Below, one piece after another: positions 54,827 to 63,538 of a stretch of DNA of 64,000 bases. The notes below the pieces were generated by a model. It did no database searches and was not told the origin of the DNA. It saw only the letters and a list, made by a program, of their open reading frames with translations. The DNA is taken from contig CAWGMQ010000007.1 of NCBI GenBank assembly GCA_963823665.1, positions 96,001-160,000 on the forward strand, read 5' to 3'. This DNA comes from an uncultured Planctomycetota bacterium (GTDB lineage: Bacteria > Planctomycetota > Planctomycetia > Isosphaerales > Isosphaeraceae). The position numbers and the translations under genes were made by a program. Each line of letters begins with the position of its first letter. The stretch's first letter is position 1.

Positions 54827-55030
54827 TCACTCACAAGGAAACACTATAGCCAAAGCTAGCACCAGGACGATCAGCCCCCGCACGCTGAAGCGCAGGCACC
54901 TTCGCCAGGGACGCGAGACGGGGCCGGCCGGCATCGTGCCTATTCTCGGGTTCGGAAATAGTGTTTAGATGGTTCACTTCCTGAGTCAAATCATACCAAG
55001 AACCAGCCGGCGGTTGACCAACGTTGATGA
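54827..55030 (-). pseudogene. Second copy of the LRR-gene upstream region and first codons (35-aa ORF 54827..54934)
   Basis: MPAGPVSRPWRRCLRFSVRGLIVLVL matches MLAKPVSRPWRRFPRFSVRGMIVVVL; about 90 nt upstream also match 49601..49685. Confidence 0.75.
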
Positions 55031-55093
55031 TAGCGGATGCTTGGCGGAAGCATCCCTTGAGCTGGGCTTCGGCGGACGCCAATTCGGTGCCAC

Positions 55094-55609
55094 ATGAGCA
55101 ATGAACCCATAAACCCGGATTCTGCCGAGGGTCTGCAACCTGGGAAACCCCGGCGGAAAGCCGGCGTCGTCTCTGTATTGCTCCCTCTTGTCGTCGGCCT
55201 ACTGTCAGCGGTCGCTCAATGGTTCAACGCGTTTCGCCCATTCGAAGGGCTCAATCCTCTCGACCCGGCTGCTGGCGGGATCGCGTGGGCGCTTTTGATC
55301 TTATCGGTGGCGCTTTTTCTGATCGTTGTTGCATTCTACTCGATGACGCTGGCGACCAGACGCGGCCTCTTTTGGGTAAACGGAGCCGTCATTGCGATCG
55401 CTGCGGGCTTATTGCTGATCGCGTTCGCCGCGTGGCTTGCTCTCGTGGTGAACCGGTGGCTTTTCATTCCATTGCCGCCGATCTGGGTAGGTGGTCTCTC
55501 GTTTCTTGCGTCGTCTCCAAGCGGCCGTGCGCGAGGTTGGGCCTGTTCCCCCGGTTTTTCGGGAATTGCAAAGAAAGATCGATTGGTCGCCTCCCCTGGT
55601 GCAGAATAG
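55094..55609 (+). CDS. Integral membrane hypothetical protein
   Basis: Three to four hydrophobic helices; 3' end possibly frameshifted. Confidence 0.55.
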   Translation: MSNEPINPDSAEGLQPGKPRRKAGVVSVLLPLVVGLLSAVAQWFNAFRPFEGLNPLDPAAGGIAWALLILSVALFLIVVAFYSMTLATRRGLFWVNGAVIAIAAGLLLIAFAAWLALVVNRWLFIPLPPIWVGGLSFLASSPSGRARGWACSPGFSGIAKKDRLVASPGAE

Positions 55610-55655
55610 ACCATGACGAACCTTTGCGAGTGACGGCGAAGGGGTGGGCGACCTT

Positions 55656-56993
55656 ATGGCGACCAGGCCGAGGATCGAGGATGTAGGGGGACCGATTGCT
55701 CGACTGTTCGGCGAAGGGTCGGCCACGGGGATGGACGAAGGTGAGCTGCTCCGGCGGTTCGCCGTCGGCCGCGACCCGGTGGCGCTCGAGGTCCTCGTGG
55801 CCAGGCATGGACCGATGGTCCTGGGCGTCTGCCGGCGAGTCCTGGGCAACCGGCACTCGTCGGAAGACGCCTTCCAGGCCACGTTTCTCGTTCTGGCGAA
55901 GCGTGCCGGGTCGATCCGCGACCCGGATCGGCTCGGCCCCTCGCTGCACGGCGTGGCTCATCGGGTGGCCGTCCGGGCTCGGGCGGACCTCGCCAGACGG
56001 AACGCCCGCGAGCGACCAGGCGCGGAGGAACTGGCGATGGAGACATCGGCGGACGACTCGGGTTTCGACCGGCTCGAGCTGCGGGCCGCGCTTGATGAGG
56101 AGGTCCGCCGCCTTCCGGAGAAGTTCCGAGAACCGATCGTCCTCTGCTATCTCGACGGCTTGACTCACGACGAGGCCGCGAGTCGTCTGCGATGCCCGGT
56201 CGGCACGGTTCGCAGTCGCTTGTCGACCGGCCGGGCGAAGCTCCGCGAGCGGCTCACCCGTCGAGGGGTGGCGGTCCCCTCGGGCGTCTTCGCGGCGGTG
56301 CTAACCGCCGAAGGCGCCTCGGCCGCCGTGTCGCCCGTCTTGCTGAGTTCCACGGCAAAAGCCGCGACCGCGTTCGCGGGCGGCATGGCGGCGGCGACGG
56401 CGGCCGGGATGGTCTCGGCGGGAGTCGCCTCCCTGGCGGAAGGAGTGTCGAAGACCATGATTCTCTCCAAGTTCAAGATCGTCGGGGGCCTGGCCCTCGC
56501 TGGGATGCTGACTCTGGGCGTCGGGGCCGTCGCGTCCTACCAGGCCGGCTCGAAGGGCCAGGATGCCAGGGTCGAGAAGCCGGCCAAGGACAAGGCCAAG
56601 ATGGCCGAGAAGGGGCCGAAGCTCGATGACACCGTGAAGGCTGCCGAGGCCTACCTCGACCTGCTCGACGAGGGCAAGTACGCAGAAAGCTGGGACGCCA
56701 TGTCGGCGGTCGCCCACAAGGCGATCGCTCGGGCCGGTTGGGCGGAGAACGTCGGCAAGGTCCGCACGGCCACCGGCAAGCTCAACCGCCGGAAGCTCAA
56801 GCGGCTCGACCTGAGGGCGACCGGCGCCGCCGACCGATTCAACCAGGCCTGGTTCTACGCCGAATTCCGGGCCGTCGGGGGCGAGACCTGGTCCGAGCTG
56901 GTCATCTTGACCCTCGAAAAGGGCAAGGATTGGAAGATCGACACCTACATGATCGGCGATCCCACCAAGATCCCCCAACCCCCGGCCGAGTAG
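55656..56993 (+). CDS. ECF sigma-70 factor with TM segment and C-terminal DUF4019-like domain
   Basis: 'RHGPMVLGVCRRVL', 'EDAFQATFLVL', 'LCYLDGLTHDEAA...GTVRSRL', Ala-rich linker, TM helix, 'AAEAYLDLLDEGKYAESW'. Confidence 0.9.
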   Translation: MATRPRIEDVGGPIARLFGEGSATGMDEGELLRRFAVGRDPVALEVLVARHGPMVLGVCRRVLGNRHSSEDAFQATFLVLAKRAGSIRDPDRLGPSLHGVAHRVAVRARADLARRNARERPGAEELAMETSADDSGFDRLELRAALDEEVRRLPEKFREPIVLCYLDGLTHDEAASRLRCPVGTVRSRLSTGRAKLRERLTRRGVAVPSGVFAAVLTAEGASAAVSPVLLSSTAKAATAFAGGMAAATAAGMVSAGVASLAEGVSKTMILSKFKIVGGLALAGMLTLGVGAVASYQAGSKGQDARVEKPAKDKAKMAEKGPKLDDTVKAAEAYLDLLDEGKYAESWDAMSAVAHKAIARAGWAENVGKVRTATGKLNRRKLKRLDLRATGAADRFNQAWFYAEFRAVGGETWSELVILTLEKGKDWKIDTYMIGDPTKIPQPPAE

Positions 56994-57071
56994 GGATCAC
57001 CCGCCAGGCCGGCCGAGGGGCGAGGACCGCCGGCGATCGTCCACGGGGTCTCCACGGGGTCAGACCTAGTT

Positions 57072-57630
57072 GTGCGCCGTGTAGAAGGTGTTGATCTTCA
57101 GTGGGTGCAAATCCCACCCGGCATCTGGGTCGCTCCAGCCGGTAGCTATCGAAGCGACGAGGGGAGGAAACGAAACCGTCGGAGCCTTCGAGACAGACGG
57201 GTCGCTTTGGCGATTCGGCGAGCCGACAGGCCGTAATAACCAGTGAACGTTGAGCAGGCCTCGAAACGACCAATGTGGACGCCGACCTTGCATTAGGATG
57301 GGGAAGGCCGCAGCCGCTGGCTAGGGAAACGGTTGGAATAGGCCGTCCCACGAGCGATCAAGGCCCAGTGGGCGACCGGGGTAATGACGACGGCATGTCG
57401 GTAAACGGAGATCGAACGCAACACGGGAAACCCATGCAGTGAGGGCGCGTGACCCTCAACCGGACGCCCGCGAGGGACTGGCCGGGCCGCTTGGGGTGGC
57501 GAAGAGGCCCCCGTAGTATCTGCGAAGCCGGGCAACTCCGGTGGAGGGAAGGGACCTTGGTTCAAGGTCAACGTCATACGCATCCGACATCCAGGAGATT
57601 GGCGTGAGCCTACTACCTCCATCCGATAGT
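57072..57630 (+). mobile_element. Group II intron, 5' fragment (domains I-III and the first codons of the IEP); RT ORF and DV/DVI missing
   Basis: Starts GTGCG; contains 'GGGTGCAAATCCCACCC', 'GCCGAC...GAAGGC', 'AACACGGGAAACCC', DIII-like 'GAAGCCGGGCAACTCCGGTGGAGGGAAGGG'; ends at 'GGAGATTGGCGTGAGCCTACTACCTCCA'. Confidence 0.85.
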
Positions 57631-58024
57631 TTACCTGACCCCGTCAATCACTTAGAGCCTTCCACCGATCGTCCACTGGGTCCTACTTCGACGCAGAGGA
57701 GGCGATAGGCAAACTCGACGTTAAGAAAAAGTACCGGATCGAAGTCTACTGGAATACCCCGTCATCGGCTTACGACGTCTGCACCTCGCCACCCAATTGG
57801 TCGCCACTTCCTTTCGACAGCGCATCGCCGCCGCAATAGTGGATCAATCCCAGCCAACGGAGTCCGGCGGAGCCGGCGTGGCGCAGTGAATCGGCGCGAA
57901 GGTCGCCGTATGTTTTCAACGCCCCCTGCTCGGAGTTCTTGTGGCCAGCATGGCTTCGAGTATGATTACCGCTGATTCTGATCGGGTCGTCAGACCAGTG
58001 TGACCCTTCGCCGACGGGGTTAGT

Positions 58025-58216
58025 ATGAAGAACAAAGCGCAAGCTTTCGCTGGCATAGGGGCGCTGATCGGCGCCGTTTTTAACGGGTTCATGGCAGCCC
58101 GAAAGTATGACTTCTCGGTCACTGCCCAAATGCAGCAGGGTGTCGGCTACATACTCGGTGGCCTCATCGTCGGGGCGATTGCTGGCTACATCCTCGGCAA
58201 GTTGCTCAAAGCTTGA
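58025..58216 (+). CDS. Small two-TM Gly-rich membrane protein
   Basis: 63 aa with two GxxxG-rich helices. Confidence 0.6.
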   Translation: MKNKAQAFAGIGALIGAVFNGFMAARKYDFSVTAQMQQGVGYILGGLIVGAIAGYILGKLLKA

Positions 58217-58385
58217 AACGGCGCGGGGCGGAGTCCCGTCCGACATCGGCGAGTCTCGGCCATGGGGTGAAACCGCCTCGACTGGGGGATTCGCAAAGCT
58301 CCCACAGATTCTGCTGCAACTGTTGCGTCAATCCAATAAACCCCGCTAGAACTGCGTTCGCGGTCATTGAACGGCGTCCCCACCA

Positions 58386-58720
58386 TCACCCGGTTCGTCC
58401 TCGGCCAGCTCGTCGGCGAGGCTCCGTTGCGCCGAGTGACCCACCGTCAGCACATGGACCGTGCCGCGCCTGATTGTGAAGAGCACGCGGTAGACGCCGC
58501 GCCGCTTGCCATGGAGCAGCACCCGGACTTCCTGGCCATAGCCTTCGGAATCGGAATCGATCGGGCAGCTTGGGATTAACCTTCAACTGGCGATCGCTGC
58601 GCGGAGCATCAGCGCCCAATGCACGGCGGTCCCCAGAGACCCCGACTGGCCAAGAATCCAGTGGGCGCCAAGGTGGATGTCTCGCTCCGCCTGACGCTGG
58701 ACGACGACATGGTCGGCCAT
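58386..58720 (-). pseudogene. RelE/ParE-family toxin, multiply frameshifted
   Basis: Reconstructed 'MADHVVVQRQAERDI...CPIDSDSEGYGQEVRVLLHGKRRGVYRVLFTIRRGTVHVLTVGHSAQ'; a probable antitoxin remnant ('GEGTPMDGVF') lies just upstream. Confidence 0.7.
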
Positions 58721-59026
58721 CGACGGGCCTTGGCCCGGCGGAGATCCTTTTCCCGTGTGTCGAACACGCCATCCATCGGCGTCCCCTCGCCGTTTTCGGC
58801 CGTGCGCAAGTCGAGCCCTCTATTCACGTCTTCATTATTAACGGGCGCGCCGTCGCGCAGGCCGGGTCCGATTGTAAAGCCGCTCCCCGTGCAAACAGCC
58901 CTGATCGATGAAAGTCTGCGCGGGCGCGATACGCGACAGTGATCAACCGCACACATTGGCGTCGACATTCAACGTCGGCCTCCGGTGATCGCTGCGAATT
59001 CCTCAATTCCCGACGGAGAGCGAGTG

Positions 59027-59947
59027 ATGAACGCATCAGAACAACCGTCGAAACCAGACGACCGGCTTTCTGGCTCCGCTTTGCCATCCCGCGTCGGGAG
59101 CGGTGGCAAGTCCAGTTGGCCCGGGCGGTCCGATGGCATGGATCGCGCAACAAACGTCACTCGCAAGCGGTCGGGACCGCTCAGCCGCGCCCATGACCAA
59201 TCAGTCCATCGCAAACCCTGGATGCTGATTCTTCGATTGGTGCAACGGCATTCTCTGGGATTCCTGCTGGTTTGCTTTGGGGTACTCTCGTGGTGGGCCG
59301 GTAATGAGTTCCTGCAACGTACGCGGACCAACGACCCCAGGGAGAAACCCGGGTACTCACCCCCACTCAAAAGCGCCCCTCCACTTTCGCCCAGCGCCAA
59401 GAACAATAATGCAAATGCCGCGCTGGGTCTCGCGGCTGACCTCGAAGGAACGGCCGTTTTCTATCGTGAAGAAGTCGCTCGTCTCGTACGCCATGACGGC
59501 GAATTTCGCATCGACCTTTCACTCGACGAGCTTGCAACGATATTGAAGGTCGATCGTCAAACCATCGCCAAGAAAGGCTCAAGCGTGGAAGTCGATCCAG
59601 ACGCAGTGCTTTTCACGGCTGTGGCGGCCAGACAGACCGAGAAGGCAAAGGCCCAGGCGCGGCGAGACAGGGAAATTCAGGTGCGCATGGGAATGCCCGC
59701 ATCAGCCGTCGGTGACGAATGGCAGCTCACCAAGCTCACGTTCAGCTTGAACGACCTGATTCGACCTGACCAGCACCAAATGCACGTGCTCTACGCCATC
59801 CGCCGTTCAGCTCTGCATGCCGGGAAAAAGCCCGGAGCGAAGTTCAATGCCGAGCCGTTCCTGATCGATCGAGCCGACGAGCAACCGGCCTTCGCAGGAG
59901 GTTATCTGCCCCTGGAGGCGCCGCCATCCGCGGACGATGAGCATTGA
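59027..59947 (+). CDS. Membrane-anchored hypothetical protein
   Basis: Disordered N-terminus, one TM helix, globular C-terminus; about 306 aa. Confidence 0.65.
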   Translation: MNASEQPSKPDDRLSGSALPSRVGSGGKSSWPGRSDGMDRATNVTRKRSGPLSRAHDQSVHRKPWMLILRLVQRHSLGFLLVCFGVLSWWAGNEFLQRTRTNDPREKPGYSPPLKSAPPLSPSAKNNNANAALGLAADLEGTAVFYREEVARLVRHDGEFRIDLSLDELATILKVDRQTIAKKGSSVEVDPDAVLFTAVAARQTEKAKAQARRDREIQVRMGMPASAVGDEWQLTKLTFSLNDLIRPDQHQMHVLYAIRRSALHAGKKPGAKFNAEPFLIDRADEQPAFAGGYLPLEAPPSADDEH

Positions 59948-60002
59948 ACGGCCGGATTTCATTGCGACCACAAGAGGACATAGCAATCATTGCCCGACTT
60001 GG

Positions 60003-60125
60003 GAAATTGATTGGCTCGACAAGGAGCTGTTCCTGGCACCCCCACAGGGCGAAAAGCGGCAGCTCGATCTGGTGGCTCGACTGCGGCTACGGCCCGGCGC
60101 GCCACCGCCGCGACCGGGAACAAGC
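60003..60125 (+). pseudogene. Fragment of an Rpn/YhgA-like PD-(D/E)XK protein
   Basis: 'IDWLDKELFLAPPQGEKRQLDLVARL' resembles the 'LDKE...DL..K' segment of that family; no start and no C-terminus. Confidence 0.45.
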
Positions 60126-60193
60126 GATCTGAAAAGCCTCTCGTACTGTTCAGCCGGCTAGTCCCCATCACACACCCGGCCTCGGCCAGCTCC

Positions 60194-60323
60194 GGCGCCA
60201 TCGAAAAGCTCGCGGCGTGAGCCCCGAGTTCCCCGGAAAAGCCGTCAGCCACCGATCACGAGCCAAGCCCCCATGGGAGGGCGCCATCGTAAAGCTCGGG
60301 GCGTGAGCCTCGAGTTCCCCGGA
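60194..60323 (+). repeat. Two 44-bp palindromic direct repeats separated by 42 nt
   Basis: GGCGCCATCG(A/T)AAAGCTCG(C/G)GGCGTGAGCC(C/T)CGAGTTCCCCGGA at 60194 and 60280. Confidence 0.85.
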
Positions 60324-60357
60324 GAGTGGGTCAATGGCGACATGCCGCGGACGGCGC

Positions 60358-60394
60358 TTGCAGTTGTCTGACTTATGTGATACGCTGTCTGACA
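60358..60394 (+). promoter_or_regulatory. Putative sigma-70 promoter and operator of the vapBC pair
   Basis: TTGCAG-N17-TACGCT with a TG extension; TGTCTGAC repeated at 60365 and 60386. Confidence 0.55.
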
Positions 60395-60419
60395 ATAATC
60401 CGGCGGCGGGGGAAGGTAT

Positions 60420-60665
60420 ATGGAACGAATTAATGTCCGCGTCGATCAGCGACTCAAGCGAGAACTCGAAAGCGAAGCCAGGGAGAAGGGCATCAGCCCG
60501 TCCGACATCGTGCGGCAGGTGCTGGAAGAACACATGCGCCTACGAACGCCACGCCCCAATTGCCGCGATCTTGCCGAGCGCCTGGGCATTCTAGGCTCCG
60601 CCAAGGGCTTACCCGCCGACCTGAGCACGAACCCTGCGCACATGGAAGGCTTTGGGCGTGATTGA
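60420..60665 (+). CDS. vapB: CopG/ribbon-helix-helix antitoxin
   Basis: 'RINVRVDQRLKRELESEAREKGISPSDIVRQVL...PADLSTNPAHMEGFG'; overlaps the PIN gene. Confidence 0.85.
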   Translation: MERINVRVDQRLKRELESEAREKGISPSDIVRQVLEEHMRLRTPRPNCRDLAERLGILGSAKGLPADLSTNPAHMEGFGRD

Positions 60666-61080
60666 ACGGGTCCTCATCGACACCGGGCCGATGGTCGCCC
60701 TCTTCTCTGAGGATGACGCGTACCACGAGCGCTGTCGAGACGCCCTGACCGGCCTGATCCCTCCTCTCTTTACCTGCTGGCCCGTAGTTACCGAAGCCGC
60801 ATGGTTGCTGCGCAAGCGGCCTGCTACCGTGCAGAAGCTCTTCGCTAGCTTTGGCGGCGGGCTGTTTGCCCTGCTTGCACTCGACGCCACCGACTTGCCC
60901 GCCATCGCGGCAGTCATGAAACGCTACGAATCGGCCGGCGTGCAATTCGCCGATGCCACATTGGCCCATCTTGCCGAGCGCGAAAACATCCGTAGCGTCT
61001 TTACTACTGACCGCCGGGATTTCTCGATCATCCGCCTCAAGCGCAACCGAGCTCTCAAGCTTCTACCGGAGCTGCAATGA
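60658..61080 (+). CDS. vapC: PIN-domain toxin
   Basis: 'VLIDTGPMVAL', 'VVTEA', 'FADATL', 'FTTDRRDF'. Confidence 0.9.
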   Translation: MIERVLIDTGPMVALFSEDDAYHERCRDALTGLIPPLFTCWPVVTEAAWLLRKRPATVQKLFASFGGGLFALLALDATDLPAIAAVMKRYESAGVQFADATLAHLAERENIRSVFTTDRRDFSIIRLKRNRALKLLPELQ

Positions 61081-61081
61081 C

Positions 61082-61318
61082 CCGATCGGGGCGATCGGGG
61101 ACACCGCCGAAGCGGAACCCGAAGACCACTCGACCATGTGCGCCTGGGGCCGCGGGCACGAATCGAAGCCGAGAGTGGCTGTCAATCCAGTCCTCGTTGT
61201 TCCCCACGAGAACTTGGCCCCCACGGCATGTCGTGAAAATCGTGCAAGCCCTTCCGGAATCCGTGCACGAAAAGATTACGCTGAAGATCATCAAAGCCCC
61301 ACGGGCACCATACGGCAT
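61082..61318 (-). pseudogene. N-terminal fragment of an Ntn-hydrolase (choloylglycine hydrolase/C45-like)
   Basis: Leader, then 'A-CTIF...VLVGNNEDW...RFVPA...GRVVFG'; truncated at the end of vapC. Confidence 0.65.
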
Positions 61319-61780
61319 GTTGTATCCCTTCGACTGTTTGACTTGACTACCAAAGCTTCCTCTCGAGGATTCCTTCGGGACGGTAACTTATTCTCGCGAA
61401 ACCGAGAACCAGCGGCGAGAGTTGTTCTCCCAACGATCGGCGACTTTCTGCATCTGCCTGGGACGACTACAAACGGTACATGCCGAGATGGATTCCGAGG
61501 TTGACGCCGTGGAACGGTGGAGCGGGAGCGCTCTGTTAAATATTCAGTAAATGCAAATACTTTTAAATTGACTATGTCAGACCATTACAATAGTATAATA
61601 ACTAACGAGAACCCAAACAGGCGGGCAGACTGTGACACCGGAATGCTGAATCTCTTGGTGCCGGTGGTCCGTACGATCCGTCCCTCCTCGTTTCCACCTC
61701 AGATCTGGGCTCCCCTTGGCGGACAGGGTCATGTATTGCCCTGCCTCCAGTGTGTCACACCCATTTGGAGACTGAATCCG

Positions 61781-62128
61781 ATGGCAACCGCAACCCTTAA
61801 AATGCAGAAGGCGACGAAGTCTGCACTGGCTATGAACGAGACGCTGTTGCGTACAAAGACCTTTCAGCGGGCAGCTAATCTGCTCAAGCAAGTCAGCGAC
61901 CCGACCCGACTCCAGGTCATCACCCTGCTTTCCGAACGGGAGCACCATGTCGGGGGGCTGTGCGATCACTTTAACATGAGCCACCCCGCGGTGAGCCACC
62001 ACCTGGCGCTGTTGCGGCACGGGGGAATCGTCGATCGCCGCCGGCAGGGCAAGAACAACTTCTACGCGCTCACCGAAACCGGATATCGGCTTTCCAAAGT
62101 GATCAAAGGCGTGATTTTGCAAGATTAG
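61781..62128 (+). CDS. ArsR/SmtB-family transcriptional regulator
   Basis: 'SDPTRLQVITLL', 'SHPAVSHHLALLR', 'RRQGKNNFYAL'. Confidence 0.9.
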   Translation: MATATLKMQKATKSALAMNETLLRTKTFQRAANLLKQVSDPTRLQVITLLSEREHHVGGLCDHFNMSHPAVSHHLALLRHGGIVDRRRQGKNNFYALTETGYRLSKVIKGVILQD

Positions 62129-62136
62129 TGATTCAT

Positions 62137-62221
62137 ACCGTGAGATGGGACGAAGCAAGGCGTTCGGCTTTGTCGAGATGGACACCGACGCCCAGGCTGA
62201 GGCAGCGATCCAGGGACTCAA
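62137..62221 (+). pseudogene. 85-bp duplicate of the internal part of the RRM gene
   Basis: 83/85 identical to 63209..63293. Confidence 0.9.
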
Positions 62222-62657
62222 CGTCGTCGAAGAAAAGGTGCCAGGAACCAAAAACGGCTTTTCCGGTACACGTCATCTGATGGATGCCAGCGCGCGAGCA
62301 CCCAGTACGCCCGCACGGGGCCGGAAAAGCGGGCGTGGCTATTTTTCACTCCAAAGGCCACGCCACGGTCAGTTCAGCCCGGGTTGAACTAAACCGCTCC
62401 GCGTTCGGCAAGAACAAGTTTCCGCTCGACCTTGCTGTGAAGCGGCATTTCTCCTCGACTGTCCTCCCCCTGTCAAGGCTGCACTGGCGCGATCGAATGA
62501 GGCTCGCCCTCGGGAGTGACTCGAGCAAGCCGTTTGTCGCTGGGGGAGCCTGCCTTGTCCCTCGCCAGGCTTTCCCCTTGGGAGATGAGCCATCCGTGGT
62601 CATCTGCCGAGGTAAGGGAAAACGCCGCCCTGAAGCGAGAGCGCTTCATGCGGGGGC

Positions 62658-62810
62658 TTACGTGCTGGACTTCTTGCCGTGCTTGATGGGCTTGACGGCG
62701 ACGGCGGCGGCGCGCTTCTCACGGAGCTTGAGCCAGTTCTTGAGTTCCTTCTGCTGCTTGGAAACGATGGGTGCGGTCATCCTGTGGTTCCTCGGGTTGC
62801 GGACACTCAT
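62658..62810 (-). CDS. 50-aa highly basic small protein (not in the ORF track)
   Basis: MSVRNPRNHRMTAPIVSKQQKELKNWLKLREKRAAAVAVKPIKHGKKSST; nearly all codons end in G or C. Confidence 0.55.
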   Translation of the reverse strand: MSVRNPRNHRMTAPIVSKQQKELKNWLKLREKRAAAVAVKPIKHGKKSST

Positions 62811-62889
62811 CACTCTTATGCGATGTCCACGTTGAACAATTTATCTCAATTTATCAAAATATCCTTAAAATCTTCTGAATGCAATAGGT

Positions 62890-62918
62890 TTGCAAAATTA
62901 GTGATTCCTTTTTATATT
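62890..62918 (+). promoter_or_regulatory. Putative sigma-70 promoter in an AT-rich divergent region
   Basis: TTGCAA-N17-TATATT, about 180 nt upstream of the RRM gene. Confidence 0.5.
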
Positions 62919-63099
62919 AATCCTGGTTATACTTCGATAGGTTGGTCTGACGATGGAGTGGATACCTTGGGTTCTCCTCGAATCATTTTCGTTTCCCTCT
63001 CTCGCCTCTCCCGCCTCCTGGGCTCGTATGTGTGCCCCTTTCTCATCGACCCAGAATGCAATCACGGGGCCGGAAAGTATCTGACACAAGGAGATTAGC

Positions 63100-63399
63100 G
63101 TGGCAAGGAAATTGTATGTTGGAAATTTGACCTATGCGGTGACTCATAGCGATCTTCAAGACTGGTTCACCCCGTTTGGGACCGTGCATAGCGCCCAGGT
63201 TATCCAGGACCGTGAGATGGGACGAAGCAAGGGGTTCGGTTTTGTCGAGATGGACACCGACGCCCAGGCTGAGGCAGCGATCCAGGGACTCAATGACCAC
63301 GAACACGGCGGGCGGCGGCTCGTGGTGAGCGAAGCCAAGCCACGGGCAGCCCAGACGACAAGACTCGCCGGTGGCAGCGTTGACGGCAGTGGTCGCTGA
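63100..63399 (+). CDS. RRM RNA-binding protein (Rbp-like)
   Basis: RNP2 'LYVGNL', RNP1 'KGFGFVEM'; AAGGAG ribosome-binding site. Confidence 0.95.
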   Translation: MARKLYVGNLTYAVTHSDLQDWFTPFGTVHSAQVIQDREMGRSKGFGFVEMDTDAQAEAAIQGLNDHEHGGRRLVVSEAKPRAAQTTRLAGGSVDGSGR

Positions 63400-63538
63400 G
63401 CCCACGAACGCTTTCGTAAATACCGACCACGGCCGCTGCCACCCAAACTGAATTGCCTGGAGCAGATCGTTGAACGAGGTGGTGTTGTTGATCACGAGCG
63501 CGCTCGCAAGCGAGCCGGAGACGTCGCCGTCGGTCCCA

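Noticed and set aside
57645..57839. Continuation of the intron-encoded reverse transcriptase
   Set aside because: The translation ('...KKKYRIEVYWNTPSSAYDVC...') has no RT motifs; it appears to be an unrelated 3' gene fragment.
60194..60323. CRISPR array
   Set aside because: Only two repeats, no leader and no cas genes in the window; kept as a repeat.
48662..61318. Integron cassette array or prophage
   Set aside because: No integrase, no recurring attC-type GTTRRRY/RYYYAAC sites recognised, mixed gene orientation and no phage structural genes.
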